Shown: piece by piece, positions 37,332-50,864 of the stretch
How positions within the stretch are numbered: position 1 is the first letter of the stretch
How the letters are laid out: each line of letters starts with the position of its first letter
Assembly (NCBI GenBank): GCA_051362555.1
Contig: CM120642.1
Span: 29,512,001-29,576,000 of the forward strand
DNA from: Lingula anatina
Taxonomy: Eukaryota; Animalia; Brachiopoda
Length of the DNA stretch: 64,000 nt
Reading direction: 5' to 3'
Position numbers and translations under genes: made by a program
Notes under the pieces: generated by a model
Told to the model about the DNA's origin: nothing
Seen by the model: the letters and a program-made list of their open reading frames with translations, nothing else
Databases searched by the model: none

Positions 37332-37507
37332 CAGGCCCGTAGCCAGCAATTTCAAAAGGGGGGTTCTTTTTCTGAAAAAGTGGACCTTTTTCCATAAAAA
37401 CTTCATGTACCTAGATCAAATTTCACCCAGAGTGGACATTTTCCCAGCAAATAGGGCGGTTCTTCCGAACCCCCCGAACCCCCCCCCCCCCCCTGGCTAC
37501 GGGCCTG
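37332..37507. mobile_element. MITE (hAT-like, 5-bp TSD), uninterrupted copy
   Basis: TIRs CAGGCCCGTAGCCAG / CTGGCTACGGGCCTG; flanks ATACG / ATACA; homologous to 59496-60723. Confidence 0.85.
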
Positions 37508-37907
37508 ATACATGTTTATTCATTTATGTTTATGCAGTCAATGCAGTCAATGACTGCGAATTACCTGGCATGGTGCAGAAAAGGACTAAGGTTTTCAAAT
37601 AATCCCACATCCGAAATCTATAAACGAAATAATCAAATACATCAAGGTTAGAATTGATCCAACCGTCTTCTGAAGTACATTCATAGTATGATTACCAATG
37701 TCAAATGATCGCGGGTTGGGTCAGGTTCTATTGGAACAATACACTAACTTTTCAGTAAGTCCGCTTTAAACTCTGTGGTCTGTATAACATATACAGTATA
37801 CGTAAATAGCTTTGATACTTTTCTTGTTACTTTTTACTATTATTAAAAGCTAAATAAATTAGATAGTTCTGTCCTTACAGTTTAATACCTAGCACAGACT
37901 TAGCTTA

Positions 37908-38005
37908 CCTGTTACAAACACGTATATACGAATTTTTCTATTGTGATCATTGAGCATGCGCACTCTTTAATGACGTGGGCCTACTTAAGAGGTTATCTGT
38001 ATGAG
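37908..38005. promoter_or_regulatory. Probable compact bidirectional promoter
   Basis: Divergent splice donors ~100 bp apart (- strand CAG|GTAAGC at 37907, + strand GAG|GTGAGT at ~38006) flank an NRF1-like TGAGCATGCGCA (37951-37962) and TGACGTGG (37971). Confidence 0.45.
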
Positions 38006-39045
38006 GTGAGTACTTTGTAATATCAGAGTGGTTTAAACATCAACACACTGCGTACAAAATTGTGCCTCTAGAACTATTAGGATTCAATGCATACAGTCCA
38101 TTTTATGAGCATTATATACGAACACAATTATTATACTAATGGGGTTTCTTGAAAAATCTTAATATAAATATTTTCTTAAGCAATCTGTTATGCAAATGGC
38201 TGACAAATGTAGAATTTAACAGTCATTGGCCAAGTTCGACAAGTAATTACCTTTCTTGTTATCTCAATCTGTATCTGAATGAAGCCTTTTATTAATAATG
38301 GTAATCTTAAACAAAAAATATAACACTCATTTAATTACAGTAAGTCTACTTGTATGCCCTGTTGATTTTATTTAAATTTGCGATCTTGCACAGTTGAAAT
38401 GAAACAAGGAACGGCTCAGTGGCCTAAATATTGTTTATTTGTATTATTTTTATGCAGTTTACCTCTCCTATTAAGTGTTTTTACACAATAAATTGGAGGT
38501 TCAGCAAGTTTTTTAAACTGCGCAAAAGCTATTTAATCGATCGACATGAAAAAATCCCCTGGTCTGTATTACCTTGTTATTTAGGGATTTGCACAAATTA
38601 ATTGCATACTGCATAACAAGTTGTTTTTGTTGGAATATACTTTTGATCAAGAGCCTTAGTAAAAAGGCAACTGAGATAAATTCATACCATACTCTTTCTT
38701 ACGTCCCCTTAGCAGCATATTTTATACTTATAATGTGACGCAATATAAGAGTCTGATATCGATCTAATAATTTGGGGCTACAGAATAATGACCCATTGGC
38801 TTAGATATTTTTATAATCTAATTTTTCTCAATTCAAAGAGTCCTCAAAGGTTCTCACAAACAAATCTGCACTATTGCTTATATTATTGTTATTATTAATT
38901 AATGTTATTTTTGTTGTTGCTGCATCTTGTTTGACTGAGAAATGTCAAAGAGTAGGGCCTATAACAGTTTCAAAATCACATTAAATACGGCTCCAATATT
39001 CCAGGGTCTAACAAGTAAAAACAAGGGTGAAAGTTATACATGTAC

Positions 39046-39123
39046 ATGTCAAAGGCAAGATTGAAATCCAGGCGAGATTCAAATCCAGGTCACAGCTACA
39101 TAAATCACATCCCAAATATAGCC

Positions 39124-39167
<44 letters not shown>

Positions 39168-39414
39168 ATCACAAATGTATATTATACATGTACATCTCTA
39201 AAATACCTCCCATTTCCATGTTTTTCTACCTGTTTGCTTTGCTTGAGAAGTATTTAATAAAAGAAGTTCTAAGCCATAGGTTCTATAAAGTAAATGGCTA
39301 TATTTGGGATATGAACTTCTTTTATTAAATACTTCTCAAGCTCAGCAAACAAGTAGAAAAACATGGAAATGGGAGGTATTTTAGAGATGTACATGTATAA
39401 TATACATTTGTGAT

Positions 39415-39464
<50 letters not shown>

Positions 39465-39542
39465 GGCTATATTTGGGATGTGATTTATGTAGCTGTGACC
39501 TGGATTTGAATCTCGCCTGGATTTCAGTCTTGCCTGTGACAT
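39046..39542. repeat. Long inverted repeat (foldback), ~225-bp arms, 43-bp spacer
   Basis: 39046-39269 is the near-exact reverse complement of 39313-39542, including a (TA)n tract; the ORF track shows nearly the same peptide on both strands. Confidence 0.95.
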
Positions 39543-39766
39543 ACACATAATTACAGCCTCTACTAATAATCACACTAATACTAGACTGCATTTTTAGCCA
39601 GAAGCTCAGCTGTAGCCCCTTTCCCTTAATAAGAAGGTTCTACGCTGTTAGAAAACAAAATGTCAGAAAGTTAATAACTCATAGTTTAGCTCTTCTTTAA
39701 CTGAGAAAATAAACATATAATGATGTACAAATTAACCAGTGGATTTTCGCAGCAGGTCCGTGCAAG

Positions 39767-42700
39767 ATGAATACGTCGAACGATATCTCACTAGGAACCG
39801 AGGAAAGCAATCCAACTGGGCAGTTTCAGCGTGTAAGAGTATTTGATGTGATGTCATGTCATGAGGTAAGTTTTTTTTATCAAAGTAGACTTGATGACAT
39901 ATTCAAATGTTATTAATAATAGAAATGAAAAGCGTTTTTTCAATTTATCATTATCCTTGGGATACATGCCTTATTAGCTAACGTTCAGAGAAATATTACA
40001 GTAGATGCATTTTCATTATTAGACTCTTTCACTTATACAGTTTCTTTTTTCCTTTGCTCATAAATCGAGAGCTGTCTTTTTATTTTTTTTACTCCTTCAG
40101 TGGGAGTTTGTTAATAGGTCTTTATTTCAATTTCAGCTTGTATAATTTTTTCTATCTGCTTGTGGGGATACTGCCTGTGTAGTGTATTGTGGACTTTTTG
40201 CTTCCATTTGCCTCAAAAACTGCTTTTAACCCTCATATTTGAATTTCTCTTGTTGTCTTTCAAACCACTGGCTAAAGCATCAGCAACTGGAATCACCATA
40301 TCACTGCGCATGCTCTATCCTAACCCTCAGCGCCTTAAAGCTAGACATATACACATATATTTAGCACCTAAAGGCGTCATACTGCTAAACACATTCAGGC
40401 TAAAAACACACTTAGGAGCTAAACGTGCTTAGTAGCTAAACGCGTTAAAAAATGAGACAAAACAGGCGACAAAACAGGCGCTTAGAAATGTGATTAGGGG
40501 CTAAACATTGTTTTTACAGTGTTCATGCATTTCTGTAATGAGTTGGGAACCATTAACGTTTCTGGTCACAACACTGGAAAAGTATGGTTTTCACTTATGA
40601 GGTCAGATGTCATCTGTCCTGCGAAGGTGGCCAAATTACAGTTTTTTGACATGTCAAAGAAGCATACAACTAGGCTTGTCTCGCTCCCAAAGTAACTGAA
40701 TTGGGATTGAGCAGCTGCAATTTATAGATTTATACTCATGTGGGCTTAAATAAATATAGCAAAATATTTATTGATTGTTTATTGATTCCATTCTGTAAAG
40801 TAGCAGTATGTTAATAAACAAATGAATTTACACAATGGATTGAGGTATACAAAATATTCGAATTGGCTTCATTATCGATCAAACTTCTGAATAAAGCTCC
40901 CCATCTCCTTTATTTCAGCCAGGTGAAATTTGGACATCAAGACCCCCCGGTGGACTTGTTCGACCGGATCTTATGTATAGAGGTCCATTGGACTGTAAGA
41001 CTCCTCTGCACACGGCAGTTCAATAGTGAGTTTATAGATAGATAGATAGATATACTTCCCTACCAAAAAAGGTGCCACCTACAATGTGCAAAATGATCCA
41101 GAAAAAAGTATCATTAACCAATAAGATTTTACTGGTTGTACAGAGCGATGGTGTTCCACATACTTTGCAAAGATAGAATGAAATAATTTCTGTTTGCAGA
41201 GTTTTCACACGGCGTTCCACTTCAAGTGTATCCCACACCTCTTCAATGGTCTTCTGATCTAGGGATTGGTGGAGCTGGTTCACATGTAACTAGCCTTTTG
41301 GTGTATTGGCTGTATGTAGAGAATCATTCTGAATATACCTGCATGGTCTTGGTCACTAAAGATATTCTCGACAAAAATTTTTTAATTTCTTTTCCAGTAC
41401 TAGAATGTATTAATCTGCTTTTAGGTTCCAGTTGACAATCACCGGCATAAATGATATTTTGTACGTGCAGTCGACCAGAGACAAACAATTGGAAAGCTAT
41501 TCTCCAAACCCTTACACGTCCATCACATAAGTAAACGTTATCATTGCCCAGTTGTTGGCTGTTGTCCATGCCAGAGTTCTGGTATGCCGTCTGAGGATGG
41601 TTCCTGGCGCTGATCACTGGTCTCCTAACAGCAACCCCACCAAATTAACGGTGGTTGTTCAAGCGTCTTCTGGCGGTAATCTCAGAACCGTCGTTTGCCC
41701 TTTTCTTGTAAAATGGTGCGGTCGAGTTCCTTAATGTTATGAAGAGTTCACTACGAGCAAAGTGTGTTGTAGTTTTTTCTCCTCTGGATGTAATGTGGTT
41801 TCCTTTAGTTTATAGTGAAACAGTAAATCTTGTCCATCTTGTTTGGTCATGACGTTGTCTAACCCTCTTGATGGTACAAAATGATGAGATGATAATGGTA
41901 CAATCCCGTCTTCTGGCAATTCTGCTGGCCAATCCCTCCTTCGGTGTAAACTGTATGGGCAGAAATGTGTCCCTCTTACTTAAAAATACTTTTTAAAAAA
42001 TAAGTGGTGTTGGAATATTTAAATAATCGTGTCTACTAAAATCCCAAATTTGCACGGTGATCGGTTATTAAATCGTTATGCAACAGGAAATGATATGTAT
42101 GCGTACCCTTGAAGCAATGTACATAAATTCGGTAGGGATGACCTTTTTGGTAGAGAAGTGTACATGTTTATTTATATAATTTTTGTATCCATAATATTTC
42201 AATTACATTTATAATACTGTATCTTGCAAGATCAGAAGTGCATTGTGTAGAGCTTGAACGACTTATATCTATTTCTAATTCGCCGTTGTAACAAATAAGT
42301 GAAACACAAGTTAAGGCGTACCAAGCAGGCGTGAGATGACGTGTTCCTGACTGTTACTTTCTTACCTTTAAGTTTTTGTAGATGTTTTTCAAGTCCGATA
42401 TAAATGTGATCTGAAACAATTCTAAAAGTGAAAAAATGGAAGGCAAAAAAGTACATTTTTACGTCAAACAATCCAATATTATTGTGACAATTCTTTCAGT
42501 GAAGACTACAACACAATAGAGATATGTATACAACATAATGTACCGATCAATGCACGGGATAACCATGGCAAGACGGCCCTCCATTACGCTATGACGCTAA
42601 TGTACTACAGCATTGTTTGGATGCTAGTCGCTATAGGTGCTGATCTACTTATAAAGGTAGGCTGGCTGTTTTTTAAATTTGGAATTCATAATTTCATTTT

Positions 42701-43292
42701 ATACAATAAATGCTTACACCTACTCGTAAGTTGGGAATTGCAAGACGTTTTGGCATATCATAAACAGCATTCTTTTTTTTAAATATTGACCAGTTCAAGG
42801 ATTGTGACAAAAAGACTGGAGTTCTATGAGCGATAAAGTGCAGCAATTTACATTGTGGAAGTGCAAAAGTTTCGGGGAGCGTGTAGATACACTAGGAAGA
42901 ACGTGAGTTGAACAGAAATGAGCGGAAAGAAAGGAAAAAGGAAGAACAAAAGTCTTAATCTGAGTGGCGAAAAGGAAAACAAAGTGAATAAAGTGAGTAG
43001 TTCTCAAACTGAACAGAAATCACCGACTGAATTACGCTTAGGTGCTACCAGTTCTGTAAGTGACGTAACGTATCTTCAGTCAACTCCACTAATGACTGAT
43101 CAACCACGAATATACCCACAGGGCCAGATGACGGGTTTTTTTCCACCAAGCCCAATAGGCCTACCTGTACCTATGCGATCACTGCCTCTTCAATTTTTTC
43201 AATTTATTAACCTTTAAGCCCTACGGCTCATCAGAATATAAAACAGTGAAACTACTGTGAATACAATAATTACTACTGATACATGTATAAAC

Positions 43293-43328
<36 letters not shown>

Positions 43329-46300
43329 TCATCAGATTGACATTAATCTTAGTTCCGATGCACATTTCAGATATTTTCCCAAATTGTTTAATTGTGATAC
43401 ATTGTTAAGTGATAGTAATTTAATTAATTTAAAGACACTTGGCTTTGTATAATAAAATTTCTTAATATATTTCTGCCTTAACGTATTGTAGTGAGGGCAT
43501 TTAAGAATAAAATGAAATTCATCCTCTACGTCGTTTAAATTGCATAACTTACAGGTTCTTAATTTCCTATTTGTATCTGTATATCGGCCAGTCTCTACAG
43601 CTAGATTATGTGATGAAAGCCTAAATTTTGCGATAAATTCCTTACTTTTCTGTTAGTAGCAGTAACCCGCAAGGCGATCTGTTTTCCTTAATATCATCCC
43701 TGTCTTTGAAAATGGATGCAATGAATACAAAGCTTAATAAACTGGATTCCATAGACCAACGGTTAACCAAACTGGAGCTACATGTAACAATGAGCAATGT
43801 CACTAGTGATCTGAAGGGGGCAAATACAAAAATCGGCGAGATGGAGGATGGCCTTATACTCATCAATACAATATGTGAGGACAATAAGACACATGTAAAG
43901 GAAATAGAGGGCGCTGTAAAGAAGCTAGATGACAAATTCAGGAATTTGAAAGAAGAAAATGAAATCTCAAAAACGGAGATATATGAGGAATCAACTTTGG
44001 GCATTGTGTCATGGAATGTACACGGCCTCGCGAGCTGTACTGCGGACGCAAAGATACTGATAGAAAAATATGCAATAGTTGGCTTACTTGAAACATGGGC
44101 CGCTAGTGATAATCAATATGATCACTTCATGCCTAATTATAAGCATTTTGGAAAACATACGCCTGGCGTGAAGCGAAAAGGAAGACATTCAGGAGGGATA
44201 TCAGTCTTTGTCAAAGAAAATCTGGTAAATGGTGAAACAAGAGTGTATGACGACTGTAGTGTCGCAGTATTTCTTAAATGTAATAAAATGTTCTTTGGAT
44301 GGGAAAAAAGATCTGATTATTTGCTTCACCTATATCCCTCCTGAAGGGTCCAGTTTTTACGATGGACGAAAAGAACAAAATGGCATTATACTTTTAAATG
44401 AATTTATAACAAAGGCGATGAGTTTAAACACATGTTGTAATTTTTGTATTTGCTGGTGACATGAATGCGAGAACGAGTAATATAGATGATTATATTCTTG
44501 ATGATAATTTAGATTACATATCAAATGATGTCGGTGACTGCTATGCTGTGGATACTTTTGATTTGGAGAGGAAAAGTAAAGATAAAATCTTAAACAAATT
44601 TGGACAGTCACTGATAGAAATGTGTCGTATGCTTAATATTCACATGTTAAACGGGAGGTGTTTGGGTGATATTGATGGCAATTCCACATGCATAACCCAT
44701 AGTGGTAGTAGTTTGGTAGACTACATTTTGGTATCTAGCGACATGTTTGCAAATATAGCTGAGTTCTCGACGATAGTATTCGGGGATTCTGATCACTTGC
44801 CAATTCATTGCGCAATCAAATGTCTATTGCAAACTTCCAAAACAAAAAAAGACTCGGAGGTTGAACCGTATGAACGAGTATACTGGGATAATAAGAAAAC
44901 AGATGATTTTGTCGATAAGTTTGATGATGAATTTGCTCTAAATTGTTCTGACATAGAGAACGATTTACAGAACAATAATGTTACTGCAGTTATAGAAACC
45001 ATTACAGGTATGTACATCAAGTCGGCTAGTTATATGATAAAGTCGCCTGGCATCAAGGTGGAGTTACGACAACAGCCGCCATGGTGGTCAAAGGACTTGG
45101 AGGTATTAAAAAAGTTAAAATATAAAGCGTTGAATAATTTTAGGTTTTATAACTCAGAGCAACATTTGCAAAACTATAAGCAGGCAAAATCGAACTTTCG
45201 GAAAGAATGCAAATTGAGTAAGGAAAGGCACAGAGAATGTCAACATACCAAACTGCTAAGTTTTAGAAATAACCCGCAAGCATTTTGGAAATATTGGAGG
45301 GTAAATGTTAATGCAAATTTTAGAAATAAGAGTAACATTGATTCTGATTCATGGGTTAAGCATTTTAGAGAGTTACTAAATCAGGATATTACGATTAATG
45401 AAGGATTTAGAAGAGAGGTACACTCTCAACTAAAAAGTCATGAACAAAATTGTAATCTATGCGATGATGATAATCCGGCTGTTTTGAATGCTCTATTTTC
45501 ATGTGATGAGGTGCTCTCCGCCCTGAATAGCATGGCGAATGGAAAAGCACCAGGGGAAGATGGGATAGTCTCTGAGATGCTTAAGGTCACCCAAGGTAAA
45601 ATTGCCCCAGTGTTAACACAACTCTTTAACAGCATACTTGAAAGTGGTGAGTATCCCCAAGCATGGTGCAATGCCATTCTCTGTGCTCTCCACAAACAGG
45701 GATCGGTAAATGATGTAAATAACTACAGAGGGATCTCTTTATTGAATGTGATTGGAAAACTATTTACCAAGGTTTTGAATAATAGATTCATGAAATGGGC
45801 AACAGAAAATGGAAAACTCTGCGAAGAACAGGCAGGTTACAGATCAGGTTACTCAACTGTTGATCATATTTATACATTAAACGCCTTGGGTCAGAAATAT
45901 TTAAGCAAGGGCAGGGGGCGGTTTTACTCCATATTCGTAGACTTTTCCAAAGCCTTCGACAGTGTGGACCACAGACTGCTATGGTTTAGACTACAAAAAA
46001 TTGGTATTCATGGGAGAGTTTTACGGGTCTTAAAATCAATGTATTCAAAATTGAGGTCGTGTGTTTTAATATCCCCGGGACTTACAGAATATTTTGAATG
46101 TACTGTTGGAACCAGGCAGGGCTGTATGATAAGTCCATTTTTATTTAATATGTTCCTATATGAGTTTGTAGAGAGGGTAAAATGAGAGTGATGTACAATC
46201 TATTTTTACTGATGAAATTGTCAGCATTTCGCTTCTATTGTATGCTGATGACATGGTTATTTGTGATGACACTGCATTTGGCTTACAAAAGAAGATAAAT

Positions 46301-49300
46301 ATTTTACAGAATTTCTGTGAAAATTTCGGACTGAATATAAATTTGAAAAAAACAAAAATCATGGTCTTTAGACACTCTGGACCATTACGAAAATATGAAA
46401 AATGGTACTTTGGTGGACAACCGGTTGAAGTTGTAACCCACTACAAATATCTGGGTCTAACTATAACGCCAAGGCTCGTTTGGACAAAAGCCACCACTAG
46501 TTTAAGTCTGAAAGCAAGAAAGGCAATGATTATGATTGATAAACTTGAATATAACAATGGAAGGGTTAGGTCTGATATTGCGTTTATGATATTTGATAAA
46601 ATGATAGCGCCAATTTTATTTTACGGTGCAGAAGTTTGGGGATACCAAGTGTATGACAATATAGAAAAGGTACAACTTGCTTTCTGTAAAAGGATTCTTG
46701 GCGTGGGATCAACAACTTCAACAATAGCGGTCTTGGGAGACTGTGGTAGGTTCCCACTGTTTATAACTTACTTCAGTCGGTGTGTCAAATTCTGGCTTAA
46801 ATTACTGAGAATGGAAGAAAGCAGATATCCAAAAGCGTGCTATAAGATTAGATCAGGCTGGTCGCATTACATGGGCGACAAAAATTAAAGAAATACTTTT
46901 TAGATATGGTTTTGGGTTTGTATGGTACAATCAGGGTGTTGAGAATGAGATATATTTTTTAGAAATTTTTAAGACAAGAATGAAAGATTGCTACATTCAA
47001 GAATGGAACGGCCAGTTACAGAACTCGTCTAAATTAAATTTGTATTGTACATTTAAATCTGTATTTCAAAAAGAAAATTATTTATTGTTGAATCTCCCGA
47101 AAGCGCACTTAGCTGCTTTCGCCAGGCTCAGGTGTGGAAACCATAATCTTATGATTGAAAAAGGTACATATGACAACATACCCTCGAACGAGAGGGTATG
47201 CACACTATGTAAGGACGAAATAGAAAACGAATATCTTTTTGTTAACATGTGAGATGTACAGGGACTTAAGAACAAAATATATACCAAACAGGTACACCTG
47301 TCAACCAAATATCCAAAGGTTTAGACAGCTTGTGTCTTCCAATGACAGAGATTTGATGATTAACCTGATTAATTATGTTTATTATGCCTTTAGAAAAAGA
47401 GAATCTTTTTTCGCAACGGATAGTGCACGTACATGAGCTCTCCGCATGCGCAATAGTTACGTTATATGAACCATTTACATTTGTAATCTGGGCAAATGCC
47501 TTTATACGAAAAATAAATATATATCTCCTGAAAAAGACTGGGTTCTTTCACATGTAGTTTCATCCGCTTTTAGATTTGTAAAGAACAATTATAACTTATA
47601 ATTAAGCGAATAATGACACTTATAATAACTAAGGAATGACTTTATTTAGAGATTGAAATGTAACAGTGATTGTGAACAGAAAATGGCAAGAAGGGCATTC
47701 AACAGCCTTTACATTCCTTTTAAAGGATGAAGAAGGGGTCACTCCTTGGGACTTGGCAGATGATGCAACGGTGCTGGCAGTGCTGAATTTCTTCGATTCG
47801 TGGTCAGACACTTTTAACAAATTGTTACAAAGTCTCTGGGGGCGTGGTAAAGTAGCCTTGTGGTGAGTACATGTGAGCATTTTGACAACAAAGCGCCATC
47901 TATCGTGCTACATATGTTTTATCATTTTAAGATAAAAAAAAAAAATAGCGACTTTGCCTTCTCACAGCCAAAACACCAGTTCAGGCCTACCCTCGATCAC
48001 TCCGAAATTAAAATATAGCACCAAAAAGCTAGCTAAATGCAAAATGAAAACCCGTATAAAAATTGAAGATTAAACATGTTTGTGAATTGTGTTATCTTTT
48101 ATTTTTATTTTTTCGTCGTAAGTTATTTTTGATAACGTAATATGTATAGATCTTCTGGTATATGTTCACGTATAGAAGTTTTGACAAAATAATTCACATA
48201 TCAAAAGATACTTTTCCATGATGTGCCAAATGAAAATTTATTTTATATTTGAAATGTAACGAAAAAATATTCTTCTATTTATTTCAAAGGGACGGTTGCA
48301 ATCCTCAGGTTTCTGCAGTTGCCAACGCAAACAGTTGTAGGATGAAGAAACTTCACGCCCGGCCTGACACAAGTATGTTACATTGATCATATTTATAACC
48401 TGCTTTATACGGCATGTAATGATATTGATGGCAGTTGTAACGATATATACAATAGTGCAGTTTGGAAAATACGCTTACAAAATTGGAACAGGTTGTAGGG
48501 GCTGGTTGTAGGGGTTGTAATGCTGTTGGTTTCACCATTGTTGTAATCGAATCCATTTATTTATTACTCAGTCTTGTCCAAATTCTTCCACAGCCCATGC
48601 GTTTACAAATACAAACATGCGATCATGGTGTGGTTTCTTGTTTGACAGGGGGAAATGCCGAACAGTATACAAGCGGATTGAGTGTGGTCGTCCCGATTCT
48701 GAAGGTCGAGGGAAAGAGTTTTGTAGTCTTGAATCCCAGCTCTACCGACCATGTCTCTCTGCTCATTGAAATAACCGAGACACCTCTGGAAGATAGTATG
48801 CAAGACTACACAACCTCCTTCCGCCACAGAGAAACCGGGAGGATCATGACCCTCAAACTTCACGAATCCATACAAGCGATGAAGCTCATCCCGTGTGAGG
48901 GCACCAACATGGTCATATGCCCCGATTTAGGGCCAAGACCAGTGACCGAAGATTTTGTACCCATCGTTGGCAACATTGTGGATATGAGGTAGGTCAGAAA
49001 TGTATTTTAAAGATAGCATTTACAGATTGAAATTTCTGTACTTGCATGTGCTCTTAGACTAAAAACCAAATTGGTTTACAAATTAAAATTTCTGTACTAG
49101 GTTGTGTCCTTTCAAATTAGTTTTAAGTAGAGAAGCGCACCTGTATGTATTATGAGAGGACAGGATAATATTTTGCATACATATACTTCATATGTTATTT
49201 CTCTATTTCTGTGTACAGGTTTGATTTGAAAATCGTGGAAGATATTGACACCAAAATGAGATTAATCTTTCAAAGAGAGGATCTCTCACCCGGAGGAATA

Positions 49301-50864
49301 ACGGCACCGTCACAGTTACAATACAAGTTCGTGAATTTCATTATCATTTTTATACAATTCTGAATGCATCTGTAGCATCTACTCACATCGTTCCTTTCTC
49401 TCAATCCGATCTGTTTTATGCCAAACGTATTCTATAAATAATCAAAAATGTTCATAAGCTTAGTAGTATGATCCAACAATAATAAAATTGAACACAGGCT
49501 AAAAGTTTTCCACATTGTCAACTTAGGGCTAACATTTACCAGAATATCTTATAATATTATGAGATATGTGGTATCATATACTCACGTCAGTCTGATGAAG
49601 GTGTCCGACCAAGTTGACAATAGGCAAACAACGTTAGGAAATTTTCAGCTTGTGTATGCATGGTAACATTATCATTGTGGCATTCTATATACTGTATAGG
49701 CCCCTATTATATATCTAATCATGATTTTTGAATAAAATCTTAAAAGATGTACGCTTGTCGGTCAACCATATACATTGGTTTTATGATTGTTTTAAGTCTG
49801 GATGAGTCCGGCCAGGAGAATCTCACCATCTCTGCAGGAATTGAGACGATGCCCACCAGATACAGCATTGCAAATTACAAGGAACCCGAGAATCCAAAGC
49901 TGGAAGACTTGCGTGTGGACCCAGTGGTGAGAAAATGATTTACATAGTAAATAAATGCACAGAAGGGGTTTAATCTCTTTGTAATCTGAACACATCCGTT
50001 GTTCAGACATTCCGAGTCAAAACAAATCTTAAGCAATCACTTGATATGTATCTGTTAATGGGCCAGAAGGTTACTATACTACAGCGCGAAGTAAACTAGT
50101 TCGACTTATGTAAACCTTGAAGTCCAACAACACTTCTCTGATGCAACTTTTCAAAATCATTAAAGCTGAAAAACATGTAAAACATTTAACAATCCGACGG
50201 ACGTTTGTTGGCCTATTTACGATGAAAATTACAAATAATATTGTGCATTCGATTACTAAAAGCTATGTGATACATGTTTATTCCTCAATTCCTGTCCAAA
50301 GTTTTGATTAAGAATCTTGGAAGATATTGAGAATGATTTGTCAAAAAGAGGTTCCCCGTCCGATTAAAAAAAAAAAAACACCACTATCAGAGTTGCAATA
50401 CAAAGTTGTGAATGACTAGCATGTGTGTGTTTTTTCTTTAGGAAAGCCTCATCCCGCTCGGCCGTGTTCATGAAGACAACCACGAACTGATTCAGCAGCT
50501 GATTCGATTTATTCACCCTTTCACTGCAGCTGATTTACTTTCCGGGTACGTCACTTTTTTACTTGTTTGTTCTTTTGAGCTTGCCATCTACCTTGTTCCA
50601 TTAGAATTGAAAATAGCACACTGCATATTAACCTGCCTTTTATAAAGCAAAAATAAGAAAAAATCTTACCTGAAAGAAAATTTGAAGCTTAACTTTCGTT
50701 TACATATAGGGTTACGTTTTTAGGAAATGAACATATGGTTTAGAATTTGTTTGAAACTTTCCCACTGGAATCATGAATATGCCACTGGTTTCTTTTTAAA
50801 CAGGCCCCGAGACAGCATTTCACCAGATTATGTAGCCCTGAAGGACGAGGCATCTGGGGACTAA
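39767..50864 (+). CDS. Ankyrin-repeat protein (~441 aa) with an unrecognised C-terminal domain
   Basis: GT-AG exons 39767-39865, 40919-41025, 42500-42656, 47726-47862, 48290-48372, 48649-48988, 49219-49326, 49797-49926, 50442-50545, 50804-50864 sum to 1326 nt with matching phases and no stops. Ankyrin motifs KTPLHTAVQY, INARDNHGKTALHYA..LVAIGADLLIKDEEGVTPWDLA; AATAAA at 50974. Confidence 0.85.
41053..42160 (-). mobile_element. Decayed Tc1/mariner element
   Basis: Imperfect TIRs TACTTCCCTACCAAAAAAGG / CCTTTTTGGTAGAGAAGTG with TA flanks. Broken transposase motifs: ITARRRLN..VAVRRPVISARN, DGRVRVWR, SLDQKTIEEVWDTL (compare SPDLNPIENVW). Confidence 0.8.
42795..47520 (+). mobile_element. Near full-length, inactivated non-LTR retrotransposon (CR1/L2 group)
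   Basis: ORF1 remnant (42918-43990, basic N-terminus and coiled coil); APE endonuclease (IVSWNVHGL, GLLETW, GDMNART, VDYI, DSDHLP); RT (KAPGEDG, NNYRGISLL, FVDFSKAFD, GTRQGCMISPFLF, LLYADD); C-terminal Cys motif (ERVCTLC). Several frameshifts and stops; AATAAA near 47512. Confidence 0.95.
43189..43643 (-). mobile_element. 5'-truncated LINE 3' end nested antisense in ORF1 of the larger LINE
   Basis: Minus frame reads FIAKFRLSSHNLAVETGRY..RTCKLCNLNDVEDEFHFILKCPHYNTLRQKYI..stop, followed by (TTA)n and an AATAAATTGAA-type tail. Confidence 0.88.

Noticed and set aside
40030-40520. Purine-rich minus-strand stretch and GCTAAAC repeats ending TTTTTACAGTG
   Set aside because: Stops in the candidate frame; only one convincing CACTG-type terminus and no TSD. 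Probably a repeat remnant but not classifiable.
42557-42573. X-box-like ATAACCATGGCAAG
   Set aside because: It lies within an ankyrin coding exon (DNHGK) and is explained by codons.
48594-48648. Upstream acceptor CCACAG at 48593 for ankyrin exon 6
   Set aside because: In the phase required by exon 5 it leads to a stop; the acceptor at 48648 keeps the frame.
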